Of a stretch of 64,000 nt of DNA, positions 1 through 8,844 are shown piece by piece. Location of the stretch: the IMG/VR virus record IMGVR_UViG_3300045988_068596. One strand, written 5' to 3'. The notes beneath the pieces were generated by a model. It worked only from the letters and a program-made list of their open reading frames with translations. It had not been told where the DNA came from and ran no database searches. Every line of letters starts with the position of its first letter. The stretch's first letter is position 1. Made by a program: the position numbers and the translations under genes. The DNA is from a virus.

Positions 1-49
1 CACGTTCCCGCCTTACATAAAAAAAATTAAAAATTTTTATGTTTATCTA

Positions 50-80
50 TTGACATTAAACAATATAGATGATAATATAA
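50..80 (+). promoter_or_regulatory. early sigma-A-type promoter (TTGACA-N17-TAATAT)
   Basis: TTGACA at 50-55, TAATAT at 74-79; first of about 11 near-identical promoters with the spacer motif TAAACAATA(A/T)A. Confidence 0.6.
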
Positions 81-104
81 GAGTATAGAAAAGGAGGGGA
101 AAAC

Positions 105-362
105 ATGAAAGTACAAAAAGCACCTCGTAAGGTTTACGGATTCACAAAGAAAGCGGGGGAACAACTTGCAGACCTTATCAGCAAAAAGCATTTTAACCAT
201 TATGCAAAAGTTGAAAAAATTGAGAGGAACACCGCAACAATTAAAATTCATAAATTTAAAGAGGGAAAAGGAAGACCCGCAAAAGATTATAAAGCTGTTG
301 TAACGGTTGTTAGATTGTGGCATGGTAACATTGCAGATTTTACAGACTTTAAAATAATTTAG
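105..362 (+). CDS. hypothetical early protein (85 aa, basic)
   Basis: ORF with GGAGGGG RBS directly downstream of an early promoter. Confidence 0.55.
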   Translation: MKVQKAPRKVYGFTKKAGEQLADLISKKHFNHYAKVEKIERNTATIKIHKFKEGKGRPAKDYKAVVTVVRLWHGNIADFTDFKII

Positions 363-381
363 ATTTTTTTAATCAAAACTA

Positions 382-410
382 TTGACAATAAACAATAAAC
401 ACTATATAAT
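382..410 (+). promoter_or_regulatory. early promoter (TTGACA-N17-TATAAT)
   Basis: TTGACAATAAACAATAAACACTATATAAT. Confidence 0.6.
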
Positions 411-437
411 AAACATGTAAGATAAATAAGAAGGGAA

Positions 438-701
438 TTGATAAAAATGAGTAAAAAAGCAAAGGTAAAAAACTATTTAAGAGAAAATGTTGATTTTGCA
501 GGTTTTAAAGCAGAAGTAAAAAATTCATGGTTAGCAAACCGACCAATTTCAGAATTAAGATATAACGGCGTAACAAGTAAGTATTTTTATGAAAAAAGTA
601 AAGAAGCGGTAAAGCTTGCGGGCTATAAACACCCTGAGAGCGACCGAACTTGGTTAACTGTTAATGACGTAATAGCGGAACTAATCGCAGAAACATTCTA
701 G
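438..701 (+). CDS. hypothetical early protein (87 aa)
   Basis: ORF with AAGGGAA RBS, follows a promoter. Confidence 0.55.
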   Translation: MIKMSKKAKVKNYLRENVDFAGFKAEVKNSWLANRPISELRYNGVTSKYFYEKSKEAVKLAGYKHPESDRTWLTVNDVIAELIAETF

Positions 702-715
702 GGAGGGACTAAAAA

Positions 716-1093
716 ATGACAAATAAAAATTCTAACATTCAACTAGCGTTATCAAACATTACACGTTATAAAGACATGAACGACTATAAACAAGACTATG
801 AAACACTAGAAGAAGCGCAAGCCGATTTTAACGAAAAACTAAAAAATGGCTATATTCAAAATATCACATTAGCAACGTATAACGGCGCTACACAAGAAAG
901 CACATTTTACGAGCTAACAGACGAAAATATTTTAGAAGCTATTTATACAGACTTGCACGAAACTGATTCTTATGATATGTTACAAGAAATAGAAGAAAAC
1001 ACCGACTTAACAAAATGGGACTATATACGAGCTTATACAGAAGTTTATAACGTGTTTACACTTAACGGGCTTGTATACATTGAAAGAGATTAA
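716..1093 (+). CDS. hypothetical early protein (125 aa, acidic)
   Basis: ORF with GGAGGGA RBS. Confidence 0.55.
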   Translation: MTNKNSNIQLALSNITRYKDMNDYKQDYETLEEAQADFNEKLKNGYIQNITLATYNGATQESTFYELTDENILEAIYTDLHETDSYDMLQEIEENTDLTKWDYIRAYTEVYNVFTLNGLVYIERD

Positions 1094-1112
1094 GGGGGGA
1101 CGGTGTGACGAT

Positions 1113-1286
1113 ATGAAACCGAACAAGAAACTAGAAGCATTGAAACGGGCTAGAATGGAAAAACTAGCCCGTGAGACAATCGAGAAGCCTATAGAATTTA
1201 TTTACAACGGTAACTATACACAAGAAGAAATGTATTATTTCATGGAAGAACGAAAACGATTGAAAGGAATTAAAAAACGAGAATAA
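1113..1286 (+). CDS. hypothetical small early protein (about 57 aa)
   Basis: ATG at 1113 preceded by GGGGGGA RBS; the ORF-track start at 1071 lacks an RBS. Confidence 0.45.
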   Translation: MKPNKKLEALKRARMEKLARETIEKPIEFIYNGNYTQEEMYYFMEERKRLKGIKKRE

Positions 1287-1291
1287 AACAG

Positions 1292-1320
1292 TTGACAAAG
1301 AAAAATATACATGGTATATT
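1292..1320 (+). promoter_or_regulatory. early promoter
   Basis: TTGACAAAGAAAAATATACATGGTATATT. Confidence 0.5.
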
Positions 1321-1393
1321 ATACATGTAAACAAGGGAAACACCTATTCGGACGAACTCAAAAAAAAGAGTATAAAAATTTTAGTCAAAACTA

Positions 1394-1421
1394 TTGACAA
1401 AAAGAAATAAACCTGATACAA
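1394..1421 (+). promoter_or_regulatory. early promoter
   Basis: TTGACAAAAAGAAATAAACCTGATACAAT. Confidence 0.55.
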
Positions 1422-1452
1422 TAAACTTGTAAGAAAGGAGGTAGTAAAAAAA

Positions 1453-1692
1453 ATGACGGTTAAAGTTTATAATACCTATCACAAGGAAACCGAGTTTTTA
1501 GATGGTACTATAGAAGAGGCAAGAAAAGAAAAAGAAAACATGCTTTCTATTAAGGCGTGGGAACTAGCAGAAAATGAGGTAGAGGAAGATTGGGAACTTT
1601 ACTATAAAAGCTATAAAGAAGCTTTACAGGCTACTTATAACGATATATTTTTAACGTTGTGTAGTGAAATAGAATACTCAATTGTAGAATAA
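1453..1692 (+). CDS. hypothetical early protein (79 aa)
   Basis: ORF with AGGAGG RBS. Confidence 0.55.
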   Translation: MTVKVYNTYHKETEFLDGTIEEARKEKENMLSIKAWELAENEVEEDWELYYKSYKEALQATYNDIFLTLCSEIEYSIVE

Positions 1693-1710
1693 AAAATTTA
1701 GACTTTTCTA

Positions 1711-1739
1711 TTGACAAAAGACAATAAACACTATATAAT
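1711..1739 (+). promoter_or_regulatory. early promoter
   Basis: TTGACAAAAGACAATAAACACTATATAAT. Confidence 0.6.
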
Positions 1740-1773
1740 AAACATGTAAGATAAAAGAAAGAGGGAACTAAAA

Positions 1774-2157
1774 ATGACAACTTTAAAAGAAGCATATAAC
1801 GAAATTATTGAAAGCAACTTAAACGAACCAGAAGAACGCAAAACATACTTACAGGACTTAACACAACACGGGGCAATTAGCGGAATGGTTAGCGGTTTGA
1901 TTTACTACCACGAAACAACTCAATTTTTTAATGAACACCGTGACGAAATTCTTGCAATGTTACACGAATTAAAAGAAGAAACGGGGCTAGACGAAAAAGG
2001 GCTATTCGGTGACAAGTGGAACGATTGGGAAGACTTACTAGAAGACGAAGCGGACGACTTAGACCCGTTAGCAGACACAAACAATCAAAATTTATTGGCA
2101 TGGTTTGCGGTGGAAGAGCTAGCAAAGAAAGAACTAGACGAATTAGAAGAAGCATAA
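1774..2157 (+). CDS. hypothetical early protein (127 aa, acidic C-terminus)
   Basis: ORF with AGAGGGAA RBS. Confidence 0.55.
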   Translation: MTTLKEAYNEIIESNLNEPEERKTYLQDLTQHGAISGMVSGLIYYHETTQFFNEHRDEILAMLHELKEETGLDEKGLFGDKWNDWEDLLEDEADDLDPLADTNNQNLLAWFAVEELAKKELDELEEA

Positions 2158-2160
2158 CAA

Positions 2161-2180
2161 ACAAGGCGGGAACGTTCCCG
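2161..2180 (+). terminator. palindromic hairpin GGCGGGAACGTTCCCGCC (terminator-like), part of a repeated terminator-promoter cassette
   Basis: perfect 9-bp palindrome followed by an A/T-rich run and then a promoter; the cassette 2168-2228 repeats window positions 1-60. Confidence 0.4.
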
Positions 2181-2219
2181 CCTTACATAAAAAAAGTTAA
2201 AAATTTTTATGTTTATCTA

Positions 2220-2248
2220 TTGACAAAAAGAAATAAACCTGATAATAT
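2220..2248 (+). promoter_or_regulatory. early promoter
   Basis: TTGACAAAAAGAAATAAACCTGATAATAT. Confidence 0.55.
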
Positions 2249-2273
2249 AAAGACATAGAAAGGGAGCATAAGA

Positions 2274-2552
2274 ATGTTAGATAAAGAATACTTGCATCAG
2301 CAACTAGAAAGAAGCTTTTATCCAATAAACGATATAAAACGGTTGTCAGTATTACACAAACAAGAACTTAACAACTTAAAAAACCACGTAAGAAAAGGAG
2401 CTACACCGGAACACGTAGCCAAACAATTGGAAGAACTAACAAAAGAAATGAACGAGCTTTCTAACCTTGCGTGTTCATTAGAGTTATATGTTAGAAGTGT
2501 AAAGAACCAACTAGGGAACGAACTAGGCAAAAACGTAAACAAACACGAATAA
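2274..2552 (+). CDS. hypothetical early protein (92 aa)
   Basis: ORF with AGGGAG RBS. Confidence 0.55.
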   Translation: MLDKEYLHQQLERSFYPINDIKRLSVLHKQELNNLKNHVRKGATPEHVAKQLEELTKEMNELSNLACSLELYVRSVKNQLGNELGKNVNKHE

Positions 2553-2571
2553 AAAAATTTAAAAAAAGTTA

Positions 2572-2600
2572 TTGACATTAAACAATAAACAAGCTATAAT
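2572..2600 (+). promoter_or_regulatory. early promoter
   Basis: TTGACATTAAACAATAAACAAGCTATAAT. Confidence 0.6.
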
Positions 2601-2638
2601 AAACATGTAAGATAAATGAAAGAAAGAGGGAACTAAAA

Positions 2639-3052
2639 ATGAGTAAAAAAGTTGGAACAGTTATTACACTAATGAAAAGAGCAGAAAAGAAAGGCGTAGC
2701 AATCAAACGAGCAAGACAACGGGACATGTGGGGCGTAGGAGACTTACAAGAAGTTTATCGAGTAGAAAACAACGGTAAAACAGTAAGCTTATACCACTAT
2801 GAAACACTAACCGCAAAAGTTGACCTTGAAAACATGCAACTAATAGAGGTATACGGGGAAAGCCGTTCTGATGGTGATAGCGTGGCAACTTTCTTATCTG
2901 AATTAGGTTTCAAAAACTTTGACTTTGGTTTTAAACCCGTGAACGGTGGTTTTTGGTTATTCACTAACAAAGACGGGGAAAGACAAGAAATCTATCTAGA
3001 CGAACAAGGGGAGACCGCTGTTATAAATGAATTTAATCGGGTACAGGCATAA
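2639..3052 (+). CDS. hypothetical early protein (137 aa)
   Basis: ORF with AGAGGGAA RBS. Confidence 0.55.
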   Translation: MSKKVGTVITLMKRAEKKGVAIKRARQRDMWGVGDLQEVYRVENNGKTVSLYHYETLTAKVDLENMQLIEVYGESRSDGDSVATFLSELGFKNFDFGFKPVNGGFWLFTNKDGERQEIYLDEQGETAVINEFNRVQA

Positions 3053-3057
3053 CAAAA

Positions 3058-3098
3058 GAAAGAGGGGGAAACCTCTCTTTCTAAAATAAAAATTTTAA
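3058..3098 (+). terminator. intrinsic terminator-like hairpin plus T-run
   Basis: AAAGAGGGGGAAACCTCTCTTT followed by CTAAAATAAAAATTTT. Confidence 0.45.
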
Positions 3099-3107
3099 AC
3101 TTTTCTA

Positions 3108-3136
3108 TTGACAATAAACAATAAAGATAATATAAT
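3108..3136 (+). promoter_or_regulatory. early promoter
   Basis: TTGACAATAAACAATAAAGATAATATAAT. Confidence 0.6.
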
Positions 3137-3147
3137 ACTAGTGAGGA

Positions 3148-3474
3148 ATGATAAAAATGCAAATCGAAATTATCGAACCTAAAAAAGAATTTAAATTTTT
3201 AACTAGGGAGGAACTTAACACCTATCAATTAGAAGCGGGGGAACTTGTGGAACTAACTTATATAGTAAACTACACAAAAGAAACGCCTAAAGAATTGACA
3301 AGTGTTTTCATGTTTGCGGATACCATCGGGGCAAGCTCGTATCTTGTAGACGTAGAAACGGGCATAATGACAAAGACACAAACAAAAAACCCGCTTTCTA
3401 ACTGTAATCTAGCTATAACAAAAGTAGACTTTTTCAAAACAAGCAAACTTATACTAGAAAGGAAAGAAAACTAA
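3148..3474 (+). CDS. hypothetical early protein (108 aa)
   Basis: ORF with GAGGAA RBS. Confidence 0.5.
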   Translation: MIKMQIEIIEPKKEFKFLTREELNTYQLEAGELVELTYIVNYTKETPKELTSVFMFADTIGASSYLVDVETGIMTKTQTKNPLSNCNLAITKVDFFKTSKLILERKEN

Positions 3475-3665
3475 TGAATTTAAAAGAGTGGGGCTATACA
3501 TGGGACGGCATGAAAGAAATTACACGGGAACAAGCAAAGAAACAATACAAGGAAAAAGAAACATTTATTCTATATAGTGATGACACAGAAAGCCTTATCG
3601 AGTCAGAGGAACAATTTAATATAAAGGGCGTTCGTTACGGTGTGGAAAAGGAGGGGGAACAATGA
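3474..3665 (+). CDS. hypothetical early protein (63 aa)
   Basis: ORF translationally coupled to the upstream gene. Confidence 0.45.
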   Translation: MNLKEWGYTWDGMKEITREQAKKQYKEKETFILYSDDTESLIESEEQFNIKGVRYGVEKEGEQ

Positions 3666-3859
3666 ACAAATTTCTAGAAGAAAGAAAATCAGACTTACTT
3701 ATTCAACAAAAAGAACAAGCTCAAACCTTATTGCACTATATAGAGGAAAACAAAGAACCAGACCAAACCATCATACAAAGACAAACAAACAGGCTTAACA
3801 GGTTAAGCGCTCAAATATACGAAATTAAAATGATACAAAGAAAACTAAAAAGAATATAA
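3662..3859 (+). CDS. hypothetical early protein (65 aa)
   Basis: ORF with GGAGGGGGAA RBS, overlapping stop/start. Confidence 0.45.
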   Translation: MNKFLEERKSDLLIQQKEQAQTLLHYIEENKEPDQTIIQRQTNRLNRLSAQIYEIKMIQRKLKRI

Positions 3860-3872
3860 GGAGAAAACAGAC

Positions 3873-4052
3873 ATGGAAACAGTAAAAGACATTAAAAGAA
3901 TGATAGGAATACTAAAAGAGGATATAAAGCATAAAGAAAGCTATATAAAGGAATTAGACGAACAAGGAAGAATGATAGAGTCAGAACTATTGAAAGCAGA
4001 AGTAAAAGGGATGAGGGACGTTATTCAGGACATAGAACAAGCTATATATTAG
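3873..4052 (+). CDS. hypothetical small protein (59 aa, coiled-coil)
   Basis: ATG at 3873 after AAGGAGAAAA RBS; below the ORF-track cutoff. Confidence 0.4.
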   Translation: METVKDIKRMIGILKEDIKHKESYIKELDEQGRMIESELLKAEVKGMRDVIQDIEQAIY

Positions 4053-4066
4053 AAGGAGGGGAAAAC

Positions 4067-4270
4067 ATGAAAGAAGTTAAGCTTATTCAATTAGACAAGA
4101 AAGAAATAGACAGTTATCACACATGGGGCATATTTGACACAACGGAACCAATAGAAGACGGGGACAGAATTTCTATATATGACCATAAAACGGGGGGCGT
4201 TCTACTTATAGACGTTATAACAGTAATCAAGGAAACAGAAGGCTATTTCTTTCTTATTATAGAGGAATAG
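4067..4270 (+). CDS. hypothetical early protein (67 aa)
   Basis: ORF with AGGAGGGG RBS. Confidence 0.5.
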   Translation: MKEVKLIQLDKKEIDSYHTWGIFDTTEPIEDGDRISIYDHKTGGVLLIDVITVIKETEGYFFLIIEE

Positions 4271-4659
4271 AGAGAGGAAAAGAAGAAAAAGAGCAAAGAA
4301 CCAAAAAACCAAAAAAAGACCAAAGAGCCTGAGATTTTCAAAAGTCGAGCTTTTCAGAACCCGCTTATAGGGGCGCACACTGTTTTTCTATCATTCTAGC
4401 ACAAACAAGAAGCTAGAGGGCACACAATAGCCCTAGGAAGCCACAGGAAGCCCTTAGAGCGGTTTTACATAGATTTATATATAATTATCCATAAATAAAC
4501 ATAACTATGCCAGAATGCTTTAAAATAGCTTAAAATAAATTGAAATATTTAAGAGTTTATACTTGCATTTCATCTCTTTACATGGTATAGTATAGATAGT
4601 TAAAAGAGAGCTTCATTTATTCGGACGAGAAACAAAATAAAAAAAGTTGAGTTTAATGC

Positions 4660-4689
4660 TTGACAAGGTAAAATATACATGATAATATA
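4660..4689 (+). promoter_or_regulatory. sigma-A-type promoter
   Basis: TTGACAAGGTAAAATATACATGATAATAT; the transcript would start in the GTGTGGT...ACCACAC hairpin region. Confidence 0.45.
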
Positions 4690-4763
4690 AAGGTGTGGTT
4701 AGGGTTAAACCTTACAGGAAAACGAGCACGACCACACAAACAAAAAAAATTAAACTTATCTAT

Positions 4764-4791
4764 TGACATTAAACAATAAACAAGCTATAAT
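4764..4791 (+). promoter_or_regulatory. early promoter
   Basis: TTGACATTAAACAATAAACAAGCTATAAT. Confidence 0.6.
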
Positions 4792-4825
4792 AAAGGTGTA
4801 AGGTAAAGAGAGGGAGGAAACGACA

Positions 4826-4972
4826 TGGAATACAACACACTAGACGAATTATTAGACAGTAAAGAATTTAAGGACTTCATGGACGAACTAGAGGACGATG
4901 GTTTTTTTGACCAATTCGAGGACGAAGAAGACGGGAACACACTAGCAGACACGGGACGTTATCCAGAATAAG
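4826..4972 (+). CDS. hypothetical small acidic protein (48 aa)
   Basis: ATG after GAGGGAGGAAA RBS; very acidic (D/E-rich); below the ORF-track cutoff. Confidence 0.4.
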
Positions 4973-4986
4973 GGAGGGGCTTAACA

Positions 4987-5211
4987 ATGAAAGCAATTAT
5001 AATTAAACAGCTTAAGGACGGTTACAACGGCATTCTAGCACGTAAGGAAAACGGTTGGACAAATGAGGAACTAGACAGTTATACAGCGGGCGTAAGCAAT
5101 ACACTATTTGACCTTATCAACGATTTACAGGGCGGGGGCTTTATTACAGACAAGGAAGCGGAGGAAATCGAAGAGGTGTTTTCTAACACGATTGACACAC
5201 TAGAATTTTAG
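4987..5211 (+). CDS. hypothetical early protein (74 aa)
   Basis: ORF with GGGAGGGG RBS. Confidence 0.5.
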   Translation: MKAIIIKQLKDGYNGILARKENGWTNEELDSYTAGVSNTLFDLINDLQGGGFITDKEAEEIEEVFSNTIDTLEF

Positions 5212-5220
5212 ACTAATCTA

Positions 5221-5249
5221 TTGACAATAAGCAATAACTTTGGTATTCT
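5221..5249 (+). promoter_or_regulatory. early promoter
   Basis: TTGACAATAAGCAATAACTTTGGTATTCT. Confidence 0.45.
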
Positions 5250-5283
5250 ATATTTGTAAGATAAATGAAGGGAATTGATAAGA

Positions 5284-5550
5284 ATGAAAAATCTAATGAA
5301 TGAAACTATCTATAGTAATATTACATTAAACCTAACTAAGAAGGCGCAAGGCATTATATCCCAATATGTAGACCATAACGAGGGCTACCCAAGACAAAAG
5401 AACAGAGGTCACTACTACCGCTATACAGTTACATTTATCAATGGTGAAACGTTCGAAAGTAATAGCAAGGCGGACATTGCTCACTATATTTCATCTATGA
5501 CAGCGGACGAACTAGAAACCATCATCAAGGAAGCACAAGCCGAGCAGTAA
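5284..5550 (+). CDS. hypothetical early protein (about 88 aa)
   Basis: ORF; ATG at 5284 is best spaced from the GAAGGGAA RBS. Confidence 0.45.
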   Translation: MKNLMNETIYSNITLNLTKKAQGIISQYVDHNEGYPRQKNRGHYYRYTVTFINGETFESNSKADIAHYISSMTADELETIIKEAQAEQ

Positions 5551-5559
5551 GAAATAGGT

Positions 5560-5650
5560 ATATACCAGTTAACCCCACCCCGTGGTTTTGCGACCGTATT
5601 TAGGGGCGGGGCTATCAGGGCACCCTCGACCCTCGGGTACCTATTTTTTG
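5560..5650. terminator. GC-rich structured region followed by TATTTTTT at the convergence of the + early and - middle transcription units (likely terminator)
   Basis: G/C-rich palindromic segments and a T-run at 5640-5649; the motif TTAACCCCACCCCGT occurs twice (5568, 5713). Confidence 0.35.
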
Positions 5651-5749
5651 GACTGGAAATTTTTTTCTAGAAATTTGGAAAGTCAACACTAAAAGTCAAC
5701 ACCTTATAACTAACCCCACCCCGTTGATGAGGATGAGGTCTTTTTGTAG

Positions 5750-5996
5750 TTAGATTCCGTTATTCCAACCACCCACATCTTTATGAGTATCGAAACCACA
5801 ATCAGGGCAGTAACCTGCTTGTTCTGCATCTGTTGGGTACATGCTATAGCTATAATAGAAAGCATACATCTCCATGTTTTCATGCGTACACTCTGATTCC
5901 TTTTTCTTATACGGGTAAGGACATGCAGGACAGGTAAATGTATACTCTCCTGTTGAACCAATTAAACGTTCCCCACATTTTGGGCAAATATCCGCA
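5750..5996 (-). CDS. zinc-ribbon protein (CPxCG x3)
   Basis: ORF; probable GTG start with AAGGAGGAAG RBS; the upstream part of the ORF-track frame overlaps the neighbouring gene. Confidence 0.4.
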
Positions 5997-6017
5997 ACCA
6001 CCTTAATCTTCCTCCTT

Positions 6018-6338
6018 TTAGTTTGAATGTTTAACTTGTTCCGCCATATTCTTTGCGAAGTATGTCCAGTATTTATGAAAGTCTGCGAAGTCAAAGAAAT
6101 ACTCCCCAACAATCTCTCCTGCTTGATTGCGGTAAAGTGGTACTTTCGTTTTCTCGTCTTTATGGATTTCATACTCTGTGTCATTTAACGAAATCCATAC
6201 ACTACCCGGAGTCACACTAGTTACTGTTGCCTTATCACAACCTAGTATCGGGTCACGAAGTTCCGGTTTTGTGAAGACTATGTCCCCAACCTCCAATTTG
6301 TTTAATCGCTCTTTGTCTATTAATGTTGTTTCCATTTG
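6018..6338 (-). CDS. hypothetical protein (106 aa)
   Basis: ATG METT... preceded by AAGGAGGAAGAACAA. Confidence 0.5.
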   Translation of the reverse strand, partial: QMETTLIDKERLNKLEVGDIVFTKPELRDPILGCDKATVTSVTPGSVWISLNDTEYEIHKDEKTKVPLYRNQAGEIVGEYFFDFADFHKYWTYFAKNMAEQVKHSN

Positions 6339-6358
6339 TTCTTCCTCCTTAAAATTTA

Positions 6359-6574
6359 TTACATTCTCTCTATTTGTCTGAAATTGATTATTTGTAGAAT
6401 AAATGTAGCAATTAGCACTAGTATTCCGACTGTGCATAGTATAATAACGAGCCAAGGCGTAGGTCTACTTGCTTCATTTGTTAACTCCCAGTATACCCCA
6501 TAGCCAAGTGCATAGGAAACAAATAATAGGAATGCCCCCTCGATTGTTAATAAAACATAGATTAGATACTTCAT
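6359..6574 (-). CDS. small membrane protein (2 TM)
   Basis: hydrophobic ORF. Confidence 0.45.
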   Translation of the reverse strand: MKYLIYVLLTIEGAFLLFVSYALGYGVYWELTNEASRPTPWLVIILCTVGILVLIATFILQIINFRQIERM

Positions 6575-6802
6575 TTAGTCTTCCTCCGTACTTAATGGGT
6601 CTTGTAGATAGAAGTCGGAGATTCCCCATTTGTTTACATAAGTGATTTCTCCTCCTTTACTACCTGTCACCTGTTTTAACTTGTATGTGACTTCTTCCCC
6701 GTCTTCACGAGAGTTTCCGTCTTTGTCTATTATGAACAATGGAGTCTTCTCTGTGTCTAATAGTTCGTAACGCTCACCTGTTAGCTTGTGTATATAAATC
6801 AT
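6575..6802 (-). CDS. hypothetical protein
   Basis: ORF with GGAGGA RBS. Confidence 0.45.
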   Translation of the reverse strand: MIYIHKLTGERYELLDTEKTPLFIIDKDGNSREDGEEVTYKLKQVTGSKGGEITYVNKWGISDFYLQDPLSTEED

Positions 6803-6803
6803 G

Positions 6804-7037
6804 TTATCCCTCCTTTAGAATAATACACATATAGATACAATCACCATAGTTTTCACTGTCATATGTGATATAGTCTACTTCATAGTCTAGTAATTGTTCT
6901 GGGAAATCTTTTGAGTAAAACTCTGTACGCCATGACCGTTCTGCACAATAGGGTTCCCCGTCAAAGTCTTTAATATAGATTCGGAAAGAGTCACCAACTG
7001 ATAAGATGTCTCTAACTTGTCTAAGTGTTAATTTCAA
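6804..7037 (-). CDS. hypothetical protein
   Basis: ORF with RBS. Confidence 0.45.
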   Translation of the reverse strand: MKLTLRQVRDILSVGDSFRIYIKDFDGEPYCAERSWRTEFYSKDFPEQLLDYEVDYITYDSENYGDCIYMCIILKEG

Positions 7038-7043
7038 ATGTCT

Positions 7044-7211
7044 TGCACCTCCGGTTCTGTGATGTCTAAGACAGCTATTACTTGTACCTGTCCTACTCCT
7101 TCTATATATAATGGTGTAAATAAACCAGTTAACTCGACTAGGTTATCATGTCTAATCGTGATAGCATTGAACTTATAATTACACCCATAAATAACTTCAT
7201 AGATGCCCATA
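7044..7211 (-). CDS. hypothetical small protein (55 aa)
   Basis: ATG with GGAGGG RBS; below the ORF-track cutoff. Confidence 0.35.
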
Positions 7212-7262
7212 AAAACCCTCCTGTAATTTATACTTAAAGTATATCACTTAGAGGGTTAATTG

Positions 7263-7589
7263 TCAATACCAAGCAGGCAAAGATTGTTCATAATTGAAAG
7301 ACCAACCACTAGAGTTTAAAACTTCTCCTATCTCGTTTACACTCTTTGCTTTCCTAATCTTCTTTCTAGCATCAAGGTGTTCTTTCCTTGTTATACTACT
7401 ATATAAGGTTTCTCCTAACCTTATAAGAAGTTCTTCTTTAAACTTTTTGAAGGTGTCTCCTTCGTAATAGTCTGCCCATTCCCATGTAATACTTTGTGTT
7501 CCTTTAAATACTTTACTGAACCCTGATATGGTTATGGTGTATTTGATTGTCATTGGTAGTTCCTTCACCGTCTTATCTCCTATACCCAT
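7263..7589 (-). CDS. hypothetical protein
   Basis: ORF. Confidence 0.45.
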   Translation of the reverse strand: MGIGDKTVKELPMTIKYTITISGFSKVFKGTQSITWEWADYYEGDTFKKFKEELLIRLGETLYSSITRKEHLDARKKIRKAKSVNEIGEVLNSSGWSFNYEQSLPAWY

Positions 7590-7777
7590 GAAATCTTCCT
7601 GTTTTGTTGTGGACGAAATACCTCTACTTTACGTGTATGAATGTCCCTACCTATAATAGCGTAAGGGCTGTAATCTATCACCTCATACAAACGTACAGTG
7701 TAGGGATGTTCTTCCCTTATAAAGCTACTAGCTTCTGCAATACTGAAAACCTTATTAACAATACGTACTGCCTTCAT
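7580..7777 (-). CDS. hypothetical protein
   Basis: ORF. Confidence 0.4.
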   Translation of the reverse strand: MKAVRIVNKVFSIAEASSFIREEHPYTVRLYEVIDYSPYAIIGRDIHTRKVEVFRPQQNRKISWV

Positions 7778-7940
7778 TACACACCACTGTACCTTTCTTG
7801 CTCTTCATAGATAGCCATGTCTTCTTGTAGTTCGACTTCTCTATCTATACATTTATAACAGGTTTCGAAGGTGTAGTCGAAGTCACAATCTAATTCACTC
7901 ACTAGTCTTCCACAACTAGCACAACGTACCTCATTTTCCA

Positions 7941-8321
7941 TTACTTTGCACTCCCAATATATTGAACAAAGTAATTTGAGCCTTTTTTAGCTAAAGTAAA
8001 CATAGCTGTAACTTCTCCTTGTTCTATTACTTCATGAGTAATTAAGTCTACTAAGTTAATACTACTCATATTTGCAATAAAAGCCTCTCCACAAGGATGC
8101 CCCTCTACAAGTATATGTGCTCCTGATGCTGAACGACCTCGGTAAGAGTCTAGGATACGAATGTATCCTTTAAAATCTACCTTTTCAATTACTTGATATT
8201 TTTCGGGGTAGTGTTCAATATAAGCATCCCCATATTCAAGTAACCGCCAATCAGTTAACCCTCTTGCTTTATCTGGTACCCAAATATTGTCTAATCTTTC
8301 TAAATAATAGGTTACTGCCAT
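7941..8321 (-). CDS. hypothetical protein
   Basis: ORF with GGAGGAGA RBS. Confidence 0.5.
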   Translation of the reverse strand: MAVTYYLERLDNIWVPDKARGLTDWRLLEYGDAYIEHYPEKYQVIEKVDFKGYIRILDSYRGRSASGAHILVEGHPCGEAFIANMSSINLVDLITHEVIEQGEVTAMFTLAKKGSNYFVQYIGSAK

Positions 8322-8343
8322 TGTTTCTCCTCCTTGTTAGGTA

Positions 8344-8781
8344 TTACTCCCATAGGAATATATCGTTTCTTATAACAAAAATGTCTTCTAGCGGAGTATT
8401 ATAATGCAACTCTACATTATGATTTTCTTTCATGTAGGTTTTTGCATAATCAAATAAATGCTCTGGACACTTAAAACTAAATGAACCACCATCTGCATCT
8501 TTGCAAGCTATATGCTCTTCCATAGTACTATTGACAAACCAGTTTACACACTTTGGTGGATAACCTAGCATAATTCCTAGTGCATAATCTTTTCCGTGTT
8601 TTCCTGATAATTTAGAAAACTCAGCTAGTTGTTCCAATTTAGAAACAACAAGTATGCCATTTTTGCCTACAGAAGTTGCAAAATGCTCCCGTACAACACG
8701 TTTAAGTTCCGGTGTCCCAATAAAGATGGCATCTCTTAGTCCCAAATTAAATGCCACAGTTTCTTCTGCTAAAATAACCAT
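8344..8781 (-). CDS. hypothetical protein directly downstream of rtcB
   Basis: ORF; no motif recognised. Confidence 0.45.
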   Translation of the reverse strand: MVILAEETVAFNLGLRDAIFIGTPELKRVVREHFATSVGKNGILVVSKLEQLAEFSKLSGKHGKDYALGIMLGYPPKCVNWFVNSTMEEHIACKDADGGSFSFKCPEHLFDYAKTYMKENHNVELHYNTPLEDIFVIRNDIFLWE

Positions 8782-8844
8782 GATAATCTCTCCTCTTATA
8801 CCTAATTACTCTTTTGATAGTTTGCTTCTTCTAATTGTCCGCCA

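Noticed and set aside
5750-6184. Long 144-aa minus ORF
   Set aside because: The upstream half overlaps the well-supported neighbouring gene (6018-6338) in another frame. Only the 3' Zn-ribbon part, with its own RBS, is called.
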